Part shown: positions 10,043 to 18,957 of the stretch, one piece after another | Layout: each line of letters starts with the position of its first letter | How positions within the stretch are numbered: position 1 is the stretch's first letter | NCBI GenBank assembly: GCA_963749915.1 | Contig: CAVVOP010000022.1 | Coordinates: forward strand, 32,001 to 96,000 | DNA length: 64,000 bases | Source of the DNA: an uncultured cyanobacterium | GTDB taxonomy: Bacteria; Cyanobacteriota; Cyanobacteriia; Cyanobacteriales; Cyanobacteriaceae | Direction: 5' to 3' | Program-made: the position numbers and the translations under genes | Notes under the pieces: generated by a model | The model's database searches: none | What the model saw: the letters and a program-made list of their open reading frames with translations, nothing else | Told to the model about the DNA's origin: nothing

Positions 10043-11740
10043 CTAAAATAAATCTGATCTCGCTATCTTTGCTGCTTTAAATACTTCTTGATCACTTTTT
10101 TCTTGCCAGTCATCATCGCCGATTTGTCTGTAAAATTCTTGATCATAGGGTCTAGTACGAACGACTACAGGCATAGGAACAGCATGACCTAAAACCAGGG
10201 CTTGTTGTTTAGAGTCGAGTTTGGCTAATACAGATCTTAAACCACTTGCACCCGAAACCCCTGTAAAAATAGCGTCAATGTCCTTTTCATCGTTGAGTAA
10301 GCAAGTAATTCTTGTGCCGACTTGAGACATTACTTCGTTATCAATGCCTGAAGGACGTTGATCCACAATGAACAAGGTTACAAAATATTTCCGCATCTCC
10401 CTTGCAATAGTTCCGAAAATGGTTTGATGGACAATTTTGGAATCGAGAAAACGATGAGCTTCTTCGATGGTAATCACTAACTGACGAGGGCGATCGGTTA
10501 TTTTTTGACTTTGTAAAAATTTCTCAGCTTTTTTCACATAAGCGTTATGAATACGACGAGTAATCATATTTGTTACTAGCATATAAGAAAGCATATTACC
10601 TTGTGATCCAAATTCTACGACAATGTGTTTGCCTCCGTCTAATAAATTGAGAATTTCTTTAATATAATTATGAGGACAAGCTGAACGCATATACTTAAGA
10701 CTCTGAAGACGTTTCAATTTCCTTTGTAGTGCCATAATTGAGCCTTGATGCCCTTGTTTTTCATTACAAAATACTTGGATTTCCTCATTTGTCATGTTTA
10801 AGAGGCGATAAATCCAATCTCTGCCATATTCTGAGGCTAAAACATTAGCATTATCCAAACTAGCTTCGGATAAGTTCAATTCTCTCGCAATTAATCGTAA
10901 ATCCTCAATCTCGATTTGATCATAACTCAAGTACAACTCATGAGCGCTGGTTACTCCTCGGCGATTAGTGGATTCGGCATCTAGGGTATAAATTTCCACT
11001 CGATTGGGAAAAAGTTGCTTTAATCCTTTTACCATGCTAAAGTTTTTCCCCTCACTTACCGCCGCCCAACCATACTCCGAGTGCATATCAAACATAAGAT
11101 TAACTGCCGCTTCCTTGTGGATAACACCAGAAATCAATAATCGTGTTAAAAATGATTTTCCTGTGCCAGATTTGCCGAAAATTCCGTTACTACGTTCAAC
11201 AAAACGAGCTAAATCCATACAAACTGGGACATCCATATCCAAAGGTTGACCGATGGAAAAATTGCATTTATGTGGATCATCTTCCCAACCAAAAACCGAG
11301 CGAAAATCTTGCTCTGTGGATTCATATACTTGACTAAAATGACTAGGGATTGTTTTGACCGGTAACAGTTGCAATTCCGTTTCCAATCCTCTTAATTTCG
11401 GAATATTACCGAAATTATTAACATATTCTTCTTTATTTGTCAAAGTCAACATCAACATTGGTGCGATTTCAATAGTTCCATAGGTGTCACTTCCTGCTAA
11501 TATGTCTAACCAAAAACTATCATTATGATCAGGAGGATGAGTAAAAATCCGAGGGTTCGAAGTACCTAAAGAGACATCTGTTAAAAGACAAAAAAACTTC
11601 GATCGAGTGCCTTCCACCACCAGGAATTTACCTACTCTCATATCTTCTACGGATATATCAGGATGTAGTCGCACTTCCAAACCACCACTTAATGAGCCTT
11701 GAATAACGGATCCTAATGGTTGTATTTTATTAAAGTTCAT
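10043..11740 (-). CDS. HerA-like (DUF87) ATPase with N-terminal HAS barrel
   Basis: Walker A GKSGTGKS, FDMHSEY, Walker B IEEAHRF, AREMRKY, DQRPS. Confidence 0.85.
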   Translation of the reverse strand: MNFNKIQPLGSVIQGSLSGGLEVRLHPDISVEDMRVGKFLVVEGTRSKFFCLLTDVSLGTSNPRIFTHPPDHNDSFWLDILAGSDTYGTIEIAPMLMLTLTNKEEYVNNFGNIPKLRGLETELQLLPVKTIPSHFSQVYESTEQDFRSVFGWEDDPHKCNFSIGQPLDMDVPVCMDLARFVERSNGIFGKSGTGKSFLTRLLISGVIHKEAAVNLMFDMHSEYGWAAVSEGKNFSMVKGLKQLFPNRVEIYTLDAESTNRRGVTSAHELYLSYDQIEIEDLRLIARELNLSEASLDNANVLASEYGRDWIYRLLNMTNEEIQVFCNEKQGHQGSIMALQRKLKRLQSLKYMRSACPHNYIKEILNLLDGGKHIVVEFGSQGNMLSYMLVTNMITRRIHNAYVKKAEKFLQSQKITDRPRQLVITIEEAHRFLDSKIVHQTIFGTIAREMRKYFVTLFIVDQRPSGIDNEVMSQVGTRITCLLNDEKDIDAIFTGVSGASGLRSVLAKLDSKQQALVLGHAVPMPVVVRTRPYDQEFYRQIGDDDWQEKSDQEVFKAAKIARSDLF

Positions 11741-11900
11741 GTTTTCAATAAATGAGGAATAAGTAATTAGAAATTAGTCATGAGGAATAAGGAATTAAGA
11801 ATGAGAAATTTTAAAAATTATTTCAACAGTACAAACTTAGCATGCCACGTTGCTACCAACCGTCAACTGTTAACTATTAAATATTAGCTTGTTTTGATTA

Positions 11901-13148
11901 ATGAAATTATTAGTTATAAGTAATGGTCACGGTGAAGATTTAATTGCTGTAAAAATTATAAATCAGTTACGACAAATTAATCCACAAATATCCATTGCCT
12001 GTTTACCAATGGTAGGGGAAGGATTTGCCTATGCTAAAGAAAATATTCCTTTTATTGCACCTGTAAAAAAAATGCCTTCTGGTGGTTTTATTTATATGGA
12101 TAGCCAACAATTATGGCAAGATTTGCGTCAAGGTTTAATTGGTTTGACTTGCACTCAATTTAAAGCTGTGAAATTATGGGCAAAAAACGGCGGTTATGTT
12201 TTAGCAGTAGGGGATATTTTACCTCTTTTATGTGCATGGTTAAGCGGTGCAAAATATGGTTTTATTGGTACTGCTAAATCGGAATATTATTTACGCAATG
12301 AAAACGGTTGGCTAGAAAATATCTCAAGAATCGATCGCTATTTTGGTTCAATATATTATCCTTGGGAAAGATGGTTAATGAAAAATGATCGTTGTTTTGC
12401 CGTTTTTCCTAGGGATTCTATTACCACTCAAACCCTACAAAAATACCATATCCGTGCCCATGATTTAGGTAATCCGATGATGGACGATTTAACCATCTCC
12501 CCTTTACCATCGGACAATGACTATACACTCAAAATTCTACTTTTGCCCGGATCAAGATTACCAGAAGCCATCGAGAATTGGCAACTGATTCTCACCGCCG
12601 TTGAATCTATTATTAATAGTCAATCTTCTGACTTAATTTTTGTCGCCGCCATCGCCCCATCATTAAATTTAAGTACTTTTACTGAATTTTTGTCCCCTCA
12701 ACAATGGCAAGAAAAGTCATTAAAATCTGTGAGTTTATCCATTAACGATTCCCATATAATGGTATTTACTAAGAAAAGAGCAAAATTAATTTTAAGTCAA
12801 AATGCCTATGCTCAATGTTTGAACTATTGTAATTTATCTATAGCCATGGCTGGGACAGCAACGGAACAATTTGTGGGATTAGGAAAACCAGCGATCGCGT
12901 TTCCAGGTAATGGTGCACAATATAATCGAAAATTTGCTGAAAATCAAACTCGTTTATTGGGAATTTCTCTACAATTAGTAAATAATCCCTCGCAGGTAGC
13001 AGAAAAAATACAAGAGTTATTGTCAACACCAGATTTATGGCAGTCCATAGCCGTTAACGGAAAAAAAAGACTAGGAAAAACTGGTGCAACCAAAAAAATT
13101 GCAGAATTTATCATCAAAAAAATAGACTTTTTAACTGGGAATCTTTAA
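11901..13148 (+). CDS. Lipid-A-disaccharide synthase-related protein (GT-B fold)
   Basis: ISNGHGED, MPSGGF, LLPGSR, MAGTATEQFVGLGKP. Confidence 0.85.
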   Translation: MKLLVISNGHGEDLIAVKIINQLRQINPQISIACLPMVGEGFAYAKENIPFIAPVKKMPSGGFIYMDSQQLWQDLRQGLIGLTCTQFKAVKLWAKNGGYVLAVGDILPLLCAWLSGAKYGFIGTAKSEYYLRNENGWLENISRIDRYFGSIYYPWERWLMKNDRCFAVFPRDSITTQTLQKYHIRAHDLGNPMMDDLTISPLPSDNDYTLKILLLPGSRLPEAIENWQLILTAVESIINSQSSDLIFVAAIAPSLNLSTFTEFLSPQQWQEKSLKSVSLSINDSHIMVFTKKRAKLILSQNAYAQCLNYCNLSIAMAGTATEQFVGLGKPAIAFPGNGAQYNRKFAENQTRLLGISLQLVNNPSQVAEKIQELLSTPDLWQSIAVNGKKRLGKTGATKKIAEFIIKKIDFLTGNL

Positions 13149-13155
13149 ATTAATT

Positions 13156-13998
13156 ATGGATGTTCAAGAATTACTAGAAAGGTACAGTCGAGGAGAAACC
13201 AACTTTCAGAAAGTAGATCTTCATGGTCAAATATTGGGTAATATAAATCTGAGTGGAATAAATCTCAAAGAGGCAGACTTAACAAATGTCAATTTAGTAG
13301 GTTGTTTACTACTACAGGCCAATCTTAAAGAAGCAAATCTCAGTCATGCTATTATTCAAGGAGATTTGAGAGAAGTAAACTTAATACAAGCCAATTTAAG
13401 CAAAGCAAATTTAGCAGAATCTGACTTATCCGATGCTAGTTTACGCAATGCCAATCTTAGTGAAAGTAATTTTAGTCATGGTATATTAGTTGGCACCTTA
13501 TTACATGACACTAATTTAAAAAAAGCAAATCTCAGTCATGCCAAAATGATTAACTGCCTTCTCAGTCGTGCCAACTTAACCGATGCTAACCTACAGGGTG
13601 CTAATTTACAGGGGGCAAACTTAACCAATGCCATCATGATGAATACTAACTTAGAAGAGGCCAATTTGTCCTTAACCCTTATGAATAGCGTTAATGGGGT
13701 GGGGATTAATGCTTCCCATGCTAATTTTAGCCATGCTAACTTAAGTGGGGGTAACTTCGTTAACGGAGATTTTAACAATGCCAATTTTTACGACAGTATA
13801 ATGACATGGAGTAGTTTCAAAATGACAGACTTTAACCATGCTAACTTATCACAGGCAAAACTCTCATGGTCTAATTTTAACAGAGCGAATCTTCATAAAG
13901 CGAACTTAGTGAATGCTAATATTAATCAAACTAATTTTGATCTCGCTAATTTAGAAGAAATTATGACAACAATAGACCCCCTACAAAACTCAAACTAA
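13156..13998 (+). CDS. Pentapeptide repeat protein
   Basis: ELLERYSRGETNF N-terminus followed by tandem A(N/D)Lxx repeats. Confidence 0.92.
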   Translation: MDVQELLERYSRGETNFQKVDLHGQILGNINLSGINLKEADLTNVNLVGCLLLQANLKEANLSHAIIQGDLREVNLIQANLSKANLAESDLSDASLRNANLSESNFSHGILVGTLLHDTNLKKANLSHAKMINCLLSRANLTDANLQGANLQGANLTNAIMMNTNLEEANLSLTLMNSVNGVGINASHANFSHANLSGGNFVNGDFNNANFYDSIMTWSSFKMTDFNHANLSQAKLSWSNFNRANLHKANLVNANINQTNFDLANLEEIMTTIDPLQNSN

Positions 13999-14262
13999 AA
14001 TTAAAATCAATTATCATATAGAAATCATAAATTCCTAGCTTTATTCCCTATTGATAAATGAAATACTCCCAAAATTCGGCAGGAAATCTGATTACTAATC
14101 GACTTATTGGGGCGGGATTTTTTGTCAAAATGAGCATCTTTTGATTATACTCTCACCATCACGTTTTTATGTAAACGTAAGACTGAATGAGTTCCAAGCA
14201 CTATTGTAATGATTCCTATAAAATGATTCCTATAAATGGATACGCCCTCAGCATCATAATTA

Positions 14263-15296
14263 ACGCGATGTGCAACTAAAAAGTAAAAACTAACGAGATT
14301 TTAATTTTAAAATAAAATTAATCAATAAGTTCATTTTTTTGGCGATTGCAAAGCGACAGGGCGAAGTGGCGTACAAAGCACGATCACGAAGTGGCGATCG
14401 CGCGATCGCTAAAAGCGTCTTGGTGAAAGCAAGATAAAGCAGTGGTTCATCGAATGTTTGGCCATCGCCGGACAATAATTAAAGTATAGCCAGTATGAAA
14501 TTTATGTTGACAATAGAAGATTTTATTATTTACGTTTTTTGCTGTATTGATACAGACAAAGGAATTTGGGAATATTTCCGTTGCCACTGGCAAGAATTGT
14601 TTCCCAAAATACCTAGTCGTAGTACTTTTGTTAGGCAAGCGGCGAATTTATGGCAATACAAACAGGTTTTACAAAAAAAGTTAGCTGGCCAAATGAATGG
14701 TTTTCAAGATCATCTTCATATAATTGATGGTATTCCCATTCCGTTGTGTTGTTTTAGTAGAGCTCCAAGATGTCGTAGTTTTGTGGGTGAAGCCAATTAT
14801 GGCTATTGTGCTGCTAAAAAGGAGACCTATTATGGTTTTCATGGACATTTAATTATTAGTGGTCAGGGAATCATCACAGGTCTAACTTTGACTCCAGCTA
14901 ATGGTGATGAACGTGAGGCATTATGGGATTTAGTCAAAGGAATAAAAGGTTTACTCATTGGTGATAAAGGGTATATAAGTGAGCAATTAGGGGAAGAACT
15001 TATTCGTAATGGCATTGAATTGGAAACAGCATTGCGGAACAATATGAAAGATACTCGTCCTAAGTCGTGGGTAAAAATGTTGATGAAAGTACGTCGTTTG
15101 ATAGAGACAGTAATTGGACAATTAGTTGAGCGATTTAATCTGGAAAAAATTTGGGCAAGGGATATGTGGCATTTAACAAGTAGAATAAACCGCAAACTTT
15201 TAGCACATACTGTTTGTTGCTGGCTCAATCGTGAGAATGAAAATATCTTACAGTTTGAAACTTTAGTGTCAGCTTAATTTTAGTTGCACATCGCGT
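14263..15296 (+). mobile_element. IS982-family insertion sequence, copy 1
   Basis: Perfect 19-bp terminal inverted repeats ACGCGATGTGCAACTAAAA (14263-14281 / 15278-15296), each flanked by TA. Encloses a DDE transposase. Near-identical copy 4695 bp downstream. Confidence 0.92.
14495..15277 (+). CDS. IS982-family DDE transposase (apparently with an internal N-terminal deletion)
   Basis: IIDGIPIP, GYCAAKKETYYGFHGH, LIGDKGY, RRLIETVIGQL. Confidence 0.88.
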   Translation: MKFMLTIEDFIIYVFCCIDTDKGIWEYFRCHWQELFPKIPSRSTFVRQAANLWQYKQVLQKKLAGQMNGFQDHLHIIDGIPIPLCCFSRAPRCRSFVGEANYGYCAAKKETYYGFHGHLIISGQGIITGLTLTPANGDEREALWDLVKGIKGLLIGDKGYISEQLGEELIRNGIELETALRNNMKDTRPKSWVKMLMKVRRLIETVIGQLVERFNLEKIWARDMWHLTSRINRKLLAHTVCCWLNRENENILQFETLVSA

Positions 15297-15411
15297 TATA
15301 CTATCAAGAAATATTCTGGATATCAAGGGTTTCGGACAAACTGAATGTTTGCTAAAGGGCGGTTTTTAAATATGACTATTAGTTTGCAGTCACTAAAAGC
15401 GATCGCACCTT

Positions 15412-16026
15412 TTACCACACTTTCGGTTGAAAGTTATCACCGTTGAGTATCTTAATAGTTTCTCCTGCTTGAACTAATACAAATAAACCTTGTTTATAGG
15501 CATATTTATCGGCATTTTCTTCTATTTCAATTCCTGCCACCGCCCCGTATAATTGTTTTTGATTATATTCAGGAAAAAACTGTTTAAATTCTATTAAATC
15601 TTGGATAAATTCTTTAATATCATCTACTCCTAAAGTGCTTTTAACTTCCACTGCTAAAACGTGATTTTCATTACTGACTAAAACATCGACTTCAAGGGTT
15701 TGATGAGCTAATTTTTGCTTAACTCTTTGACTAACTCGATGGACGGGAATACCACGATTAAGAAACAAAGTTTCACAAGCAGGAGCAACCATATTCTCGA
15801 CAAATCTACCCCATTTTCCCCCTAAGTTACCGATTTCTTTACTTAATCTTGAGATTTGAGTATCGGTTTTTTGAGAACTTTCTTTTAATATACGTTCGGT
15901 TTCCTGAAGTCGTTTCTCTGATTCTTGAAAATGTCTTTCTGTTTCTTTTTGAGCATTAACTAATTCGGTTTGTTTTGTAGCTAATTCTGCCAGAATATCC
16001 CATATTTCATCAGCTTTCGTAGTCAT
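15412..16026 (-). CDS. DUF3782-like coiled-coil plus PD-(D/E)xK protein
   Basis: Heptad QxTER repeats, LGGKWGRFVE, LEVDVLV...AVEVKS. Confidence 0.8.
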   Translation of the reverse strand: MTTKADEIWDILAELATKQTELVNAQKETERHFQESEKRLQETERILKESSQKTDTQISRLSKEIGNLGGKWGRFVENMVAPACETLFLNRGIPVHRVSQRVKQKLAHQTLEVDVLVSNENHVLAVEVKSTLGVDDIKEFIQDLIEFKQFFPEYNQKQLYGAVAGIEIEENADKYAYKQGLFVLVQAGETIKILNGDNFQPKVW

Positions 16027-16066
16027 AGTTTTTCTCCTTAACTATCATTTCCATTATAACCTAAGT

Positions 16067-16095
16067 GCGATCGCGCAGCGCCACTTCATGATCGC
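16067..16095. repeat. SDR5-like small repeat inserted in a HIP1 site
   Basis: GCGATCGC plus the 21-nt GCAGCGCCACTTCATGATCGC. Relatives at 14380-14409, 19075-19104 and 26542-26574 (opposite orientation). Confidence 0.65.
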
Positions 16096-16128
16096 CGTCT
16101 TTTAGGGCGGTTTCTAAGCTAAAACCCA

Positions 16129-16239
16129 TAGGACTTACGCACCAGTCCCCTTGATCCCCCAAGTATGGGGGTAAGAACAAAACAACTCCCCCATACTTGG
16201 GGGTTGGGGGGCAAAAAAACTATTTTTGCGTAAGTCTTA
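16129..16239. mobile_element. MITE-like element, 111 bp
   Basis: Ends TAGGACTTACGCA / TGCGTAAGTCTTA (12/13 inverted). Internal perfect 16-bp inverted repeat CCCCCAAGTATGGGGG (16156-16171 / 16188-16203). Confidence 0.75.
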
Positions 16240-16339
16240 ACGCATAAAAGTTGCATTTTTTAAAATTAGTAAAAAATCAAAGAAACTCTTACCCATTGTC
16301 CATTGTCCATTGCCCGACTTCTAAAAGAAGTCTATTGTA

Positions 16340-17389
16340 CTAAACTCCTCTGAAACCCATCGGCATTTCCATTACTTCACGGGGATTTGGTTTAATTAAT
16401 TCTCGATTTATTTTTGTTTGATATAAATTGCCAATAAAACTTAAAATAACCCCCACTAATAAGAAACTTCCCCCCAAATATTGGGCAAAACTGGGAACTT
16501 CTCCTAAAATTAAATAAGCCATAAAAATAGCGGCAATAGGATTAAATAAACTCGCTAAGTTAAGTTGCGTCGATGTGACATTTTTTAAACCTGCCAACCA
16601 ACATAATTGACCTACGACGACAATGATTCCTCCATAAATTAACATCCATCGCCAAAGAAAAGGAGATAATACATTACCAAAATGATCTAGCCCATAAAGA
16701 AAATTAGCTAACAGAAAAAAAATTACTGTTCCTAATATATTACGATAAATCATAAAAATTCCTATTGGTATAGATTTTAATTGCAATTTACCCATAATAT
16801 TAGAAAGAGAGCTAATGATAGCAGAGATCGCCACAAAAAATTCTCCGATTCCGATTTGAAATCCTGCCATTGTCATTATTTGTCCTGAACTTGCGAACAA
16901 AGCAGTTATGACAACTCCCAAAAATGAAATAAGAGATCCTGATATTGTCCAAAGATTAACCCTTGTACCCAATAACGAAACACCCCAAATGAGACTTAAG
17001 ATAGGTTCTATACGCCCAATTAAGACAATATTAGTGACGTTTGTTTGCTCAAGGGCAGTAAAAATTAACCACGGAGCGATCGCCCCTGATAAAATACCTG
17101 TAATGGTTAAACTAATCCAATGTTTACGAGTTATTACTTTGAGAGTGGAAAGTTTACAATCTTGACGAAAAATAAGTAACATTAATCCTAAGGCACAAAT
17201 ATTACCAACAAATAAAACATTACAGGATGAAATAGGATTTTGACCATCAATGAAGTGATATTTCCCAATGTCAATAAGTTTACTGGTAACGGAGTTAGAA
17301 GCCGCAAAAATTAAAACAGCAATAGCAAGATATATCGAAGTAGGAACTCGATTTAAAATTTTCTGTAAATGATTAGTAGCGTTGATCAT
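16340..17389 (-). CDS. DMT/EamA family transporter
   Basis: About 10 hydrophobic helices in two repeats; RIEPIL and LFNPIAAIFMAYLILGE motifs. Confidence 0.85.
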   Translation of the reverse strand: MINATNHLQKILNRVPTSIYLAIAVLIFAASNSVTSKLIDIGKYHFIDGQNPISSCNVLFVGNICALGLMLLIFRQDCKLSTLKVITRKHWISLTITGILSGAIAPWLIFTALEQTNVTNIVLIGRIEPILSLIWGVSLLGTRVNLWTISGSLISFLGVVITALFASSGQIMTMAGFQIGIGEFFVAISAIISSLSNIMGKLQLKSIPIGIFMIYRNILGTVIFFLLANFLYGLDHFGNVLSPFLWRWMLIYGGIIVVVGQLCWLAGLKNVTSTQLNLASLFNPIAAIFMAYLILGEVPSFAQYLGGSFLLVGVILSFIGNLYQTKINRELIKPNPREVMEMPMGFRGV

Positions 17390-17421
17390 TTGTGAGTAGG
17401 GTAAGTTACCTTTTTTCTGAC

Positions 17422-17772
17422 TTAATTATTAGGGCGAAAAACTCGATGAAAAGACTCTTTTCGATACCGTCTATAAATATCAAAATCTTGATAAGTAGTA
17501 TTAAGCTCTTTAATTCTTTGATAATCTAATGATGTTAAATGTTCACATCTAAAAACACCTTTTTCCAAAGCAAATAAAAATTCATTTTGTACTTTAATAG
17601 CAGGTGCAAGTAACCACATTACCTCAGTTATACAGGCGATCGTGGTAATTAATTGACTGCGACAATGAGAGAAAAAATCAATCACTTGATTATGACATTT
17701 ATCATTCATATTATAGAAAGCGACTAATATACCAGTATCAATTAATATTTGGAGATAATAATTACGACTCAT
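17422..17772 (-). pseudogene. PIN/VapC-family toxin with a probable in-frame internal deletion
   Basis: ILIDTG and ITEVMWLL are present, but YQD joins directly to FDIYRRY. The usual DFAD...ATLD segment is absent; 116 aa. Confidence 0.6.
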
Positions 17773-18016
17773 ATTTTTGTTTAAGTTTTTCTGCTATTAT
17801 TTCCTCGCGAATATCTCTATCTGATAAATTTTCTCCATCGTTTAATAAATTTTCTGGTATTCCTCCAAGACGTTCTAAAACTGTGTCTGTTTGGTTTAAT
17901 TGTGACCAATAATTACGTAACAATTTCTTAATTAATTCTTCGGTATTAGTATTTTCTTTACTGACAATATCAATTAAATATTTTTCTGATTCCTGATCCA
18001 AATTAATACTTAACAT
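17762..18016 (-). CDS. Putative antitoxin (RHH-like) paired with the PIN gene
   Basis: 84 aa, overlaps the PIN start by 11 bp, beta-alpha-alpha-like N-terminus MLSINLDQESEKYL. Confidence 0.7.
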   Translation of the reverse strand: MLSINLDQESEKYLIDIVSKENTNTEELIKKLLRNYWSQLNQTDTVLERLGGIPENLLNDGENLSDRDIREEIIAEKLKQKYES

Positions 18017-18087
18017 TTGATTAAATTCTCCAGTTATTAATCAATAATATAGGACTTACGCACCTACTGTAAATATAGTTTTATTAT

Positions 18088-18420
18088 TCATAAATTAGAA
18101 AAAATATGGTCTAATTTTATCTTGATATTTTGCCAATCCTCTAACTCTAATTGTCCTAATGTTCGATCGATGAGAGATTTAGTTAATGTATTGATTTTAT
18201 GTAATCTGAGGGTCGAAGGACGTAATAATCCCGCTTTTTGCCATTCTTTTATTTGTAGATCAAAATCTGTATAGTATAACCTACTGGTAATTTTAGTAAC
18301 GATAACATCTTCATCCTCTGTATCTAATAAAACTAGGGCTGGACGACGTTTCATTTCTTGAGTATCACTAAAGGTGAACCTAACTAAAATAATTTCCCCA
18401 GAGGAATAATTCTTCATCAA
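18088..18420 (-). CDS. PemK/MazF family toxin
   Basis: GEIILVRFTFSD...KRRPALVL...KITS...GLLRPSTLR. Confidence 0.88.
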   Translation of the reverse strand: MMKNYSSGEIILVRFTFSDTQEMKRRPALVLLDTEDEDVIVTKITSRLYYTDFDLQIKEWQKAGLLRPSTLRLHKINTLTKSLIDRTLGQLELEDWQNIKIKLDHIFSNL

Positions 18421-18641
18421 AGTTGATTATAAATTTCATCTTCTTCACTATAATCAGAGAAGAATGTTTCTAACGCCAGACGAGACCAATTCTCTTTTTC
18501 AGAATCTTCTATGTTTGAGTTTTGTTTGACTAAAATTATTACTTTTATTTCTTGATTAGGCAATAAATTTTTTTTAATATGTTCGGGATATTCTAATTCA
18601 CCGTTGGGGAGAATCTTGCTGTCAAATTCGTACACTTTCAT
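18417..18641 (-). CDS. Putative AbrB-like antitoxin of the MazF-family toxin
   Basis: 74 aa, acidic C-terminus, 4-bp ATGA overlap with the toxin gene. Confidence 0.72.
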   Translation of the reverse strand: MKVYEFDSKILPNGELEYPEHIKKNLLPNQEIKVIILVKQNSNIEDSEKENWSRLALETFFSDYSEEDEIYNQL

Positions 18642-18704
18642 TGTTTATTTATTAAATTTATTTTAAACAACTGCCCAATTCAATAATTTTATCATAACAG
18701 AGTT

Positions 18705-18738
18705 GGTGCGTCAGTTATCGTTTGCTAACACACCCTAG
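18705..18738 (-). repeat. REP-like hairpin
   Basis: Minus strand CTAGGGTGTGTTAGCAAACGATAACTGACGCACC: stem GGTGTGTTAG/CTGACGCACC with wobble pairs, preceded by a CTAG/GTAG-like tetranucleotide. Confidence 0.5.
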
Positions 18739-18741
18739 ATA

Positions 18742-18949
18742 TAACCTGAGTTCGACATAAAATTATCGGTTAAGGGAGGAGATAGAAAACAGCAGAGAGG
18801 AGATAGTTATAAGAATTTACTGAAAATAATAATTAATTGATTTTTTTCAAAATATTTACTAAATTTAATCCTAATTCTTGGCTTTAATTCTTCCAAATCA
18901 TTCCTCTAATCACTTATTTTTAAAGGTTTCTTACATCGAACTCAGGTTA
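18742..18949. mobile_element. MITE, 208 bp, with IS982-like ends
   Basis: TAACCTGAGTTCGACATAA ... TTACATCGAACTCAGGTTA (17/19 inverted); non-coding interior. Confidence 0.78.
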
Positions 18950-18957
18950 ATATTATA

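Noticed and set aside
10043..11740. HerA ATPase as an anti-phage system (e.g. Sir2-HerA)
   Set aside because: No adjacent effector or nuclease; housekeeping context and host-like composition.
14145..14257. 14-bp tandem duplication AATGATTCCTATAA (14208-14235) that would break a 32-codon minus-strand ORF
   Set aside because: The duplication is real, but the ORF has no recognisable homology and could be chance.
14290..15228. Antisense ORFs within the IS, and their duplicates at 18985-19923
   Set aside because: They are shadows of the transposase and the repeat-containing leader, conserved only because the IS is duplicated.
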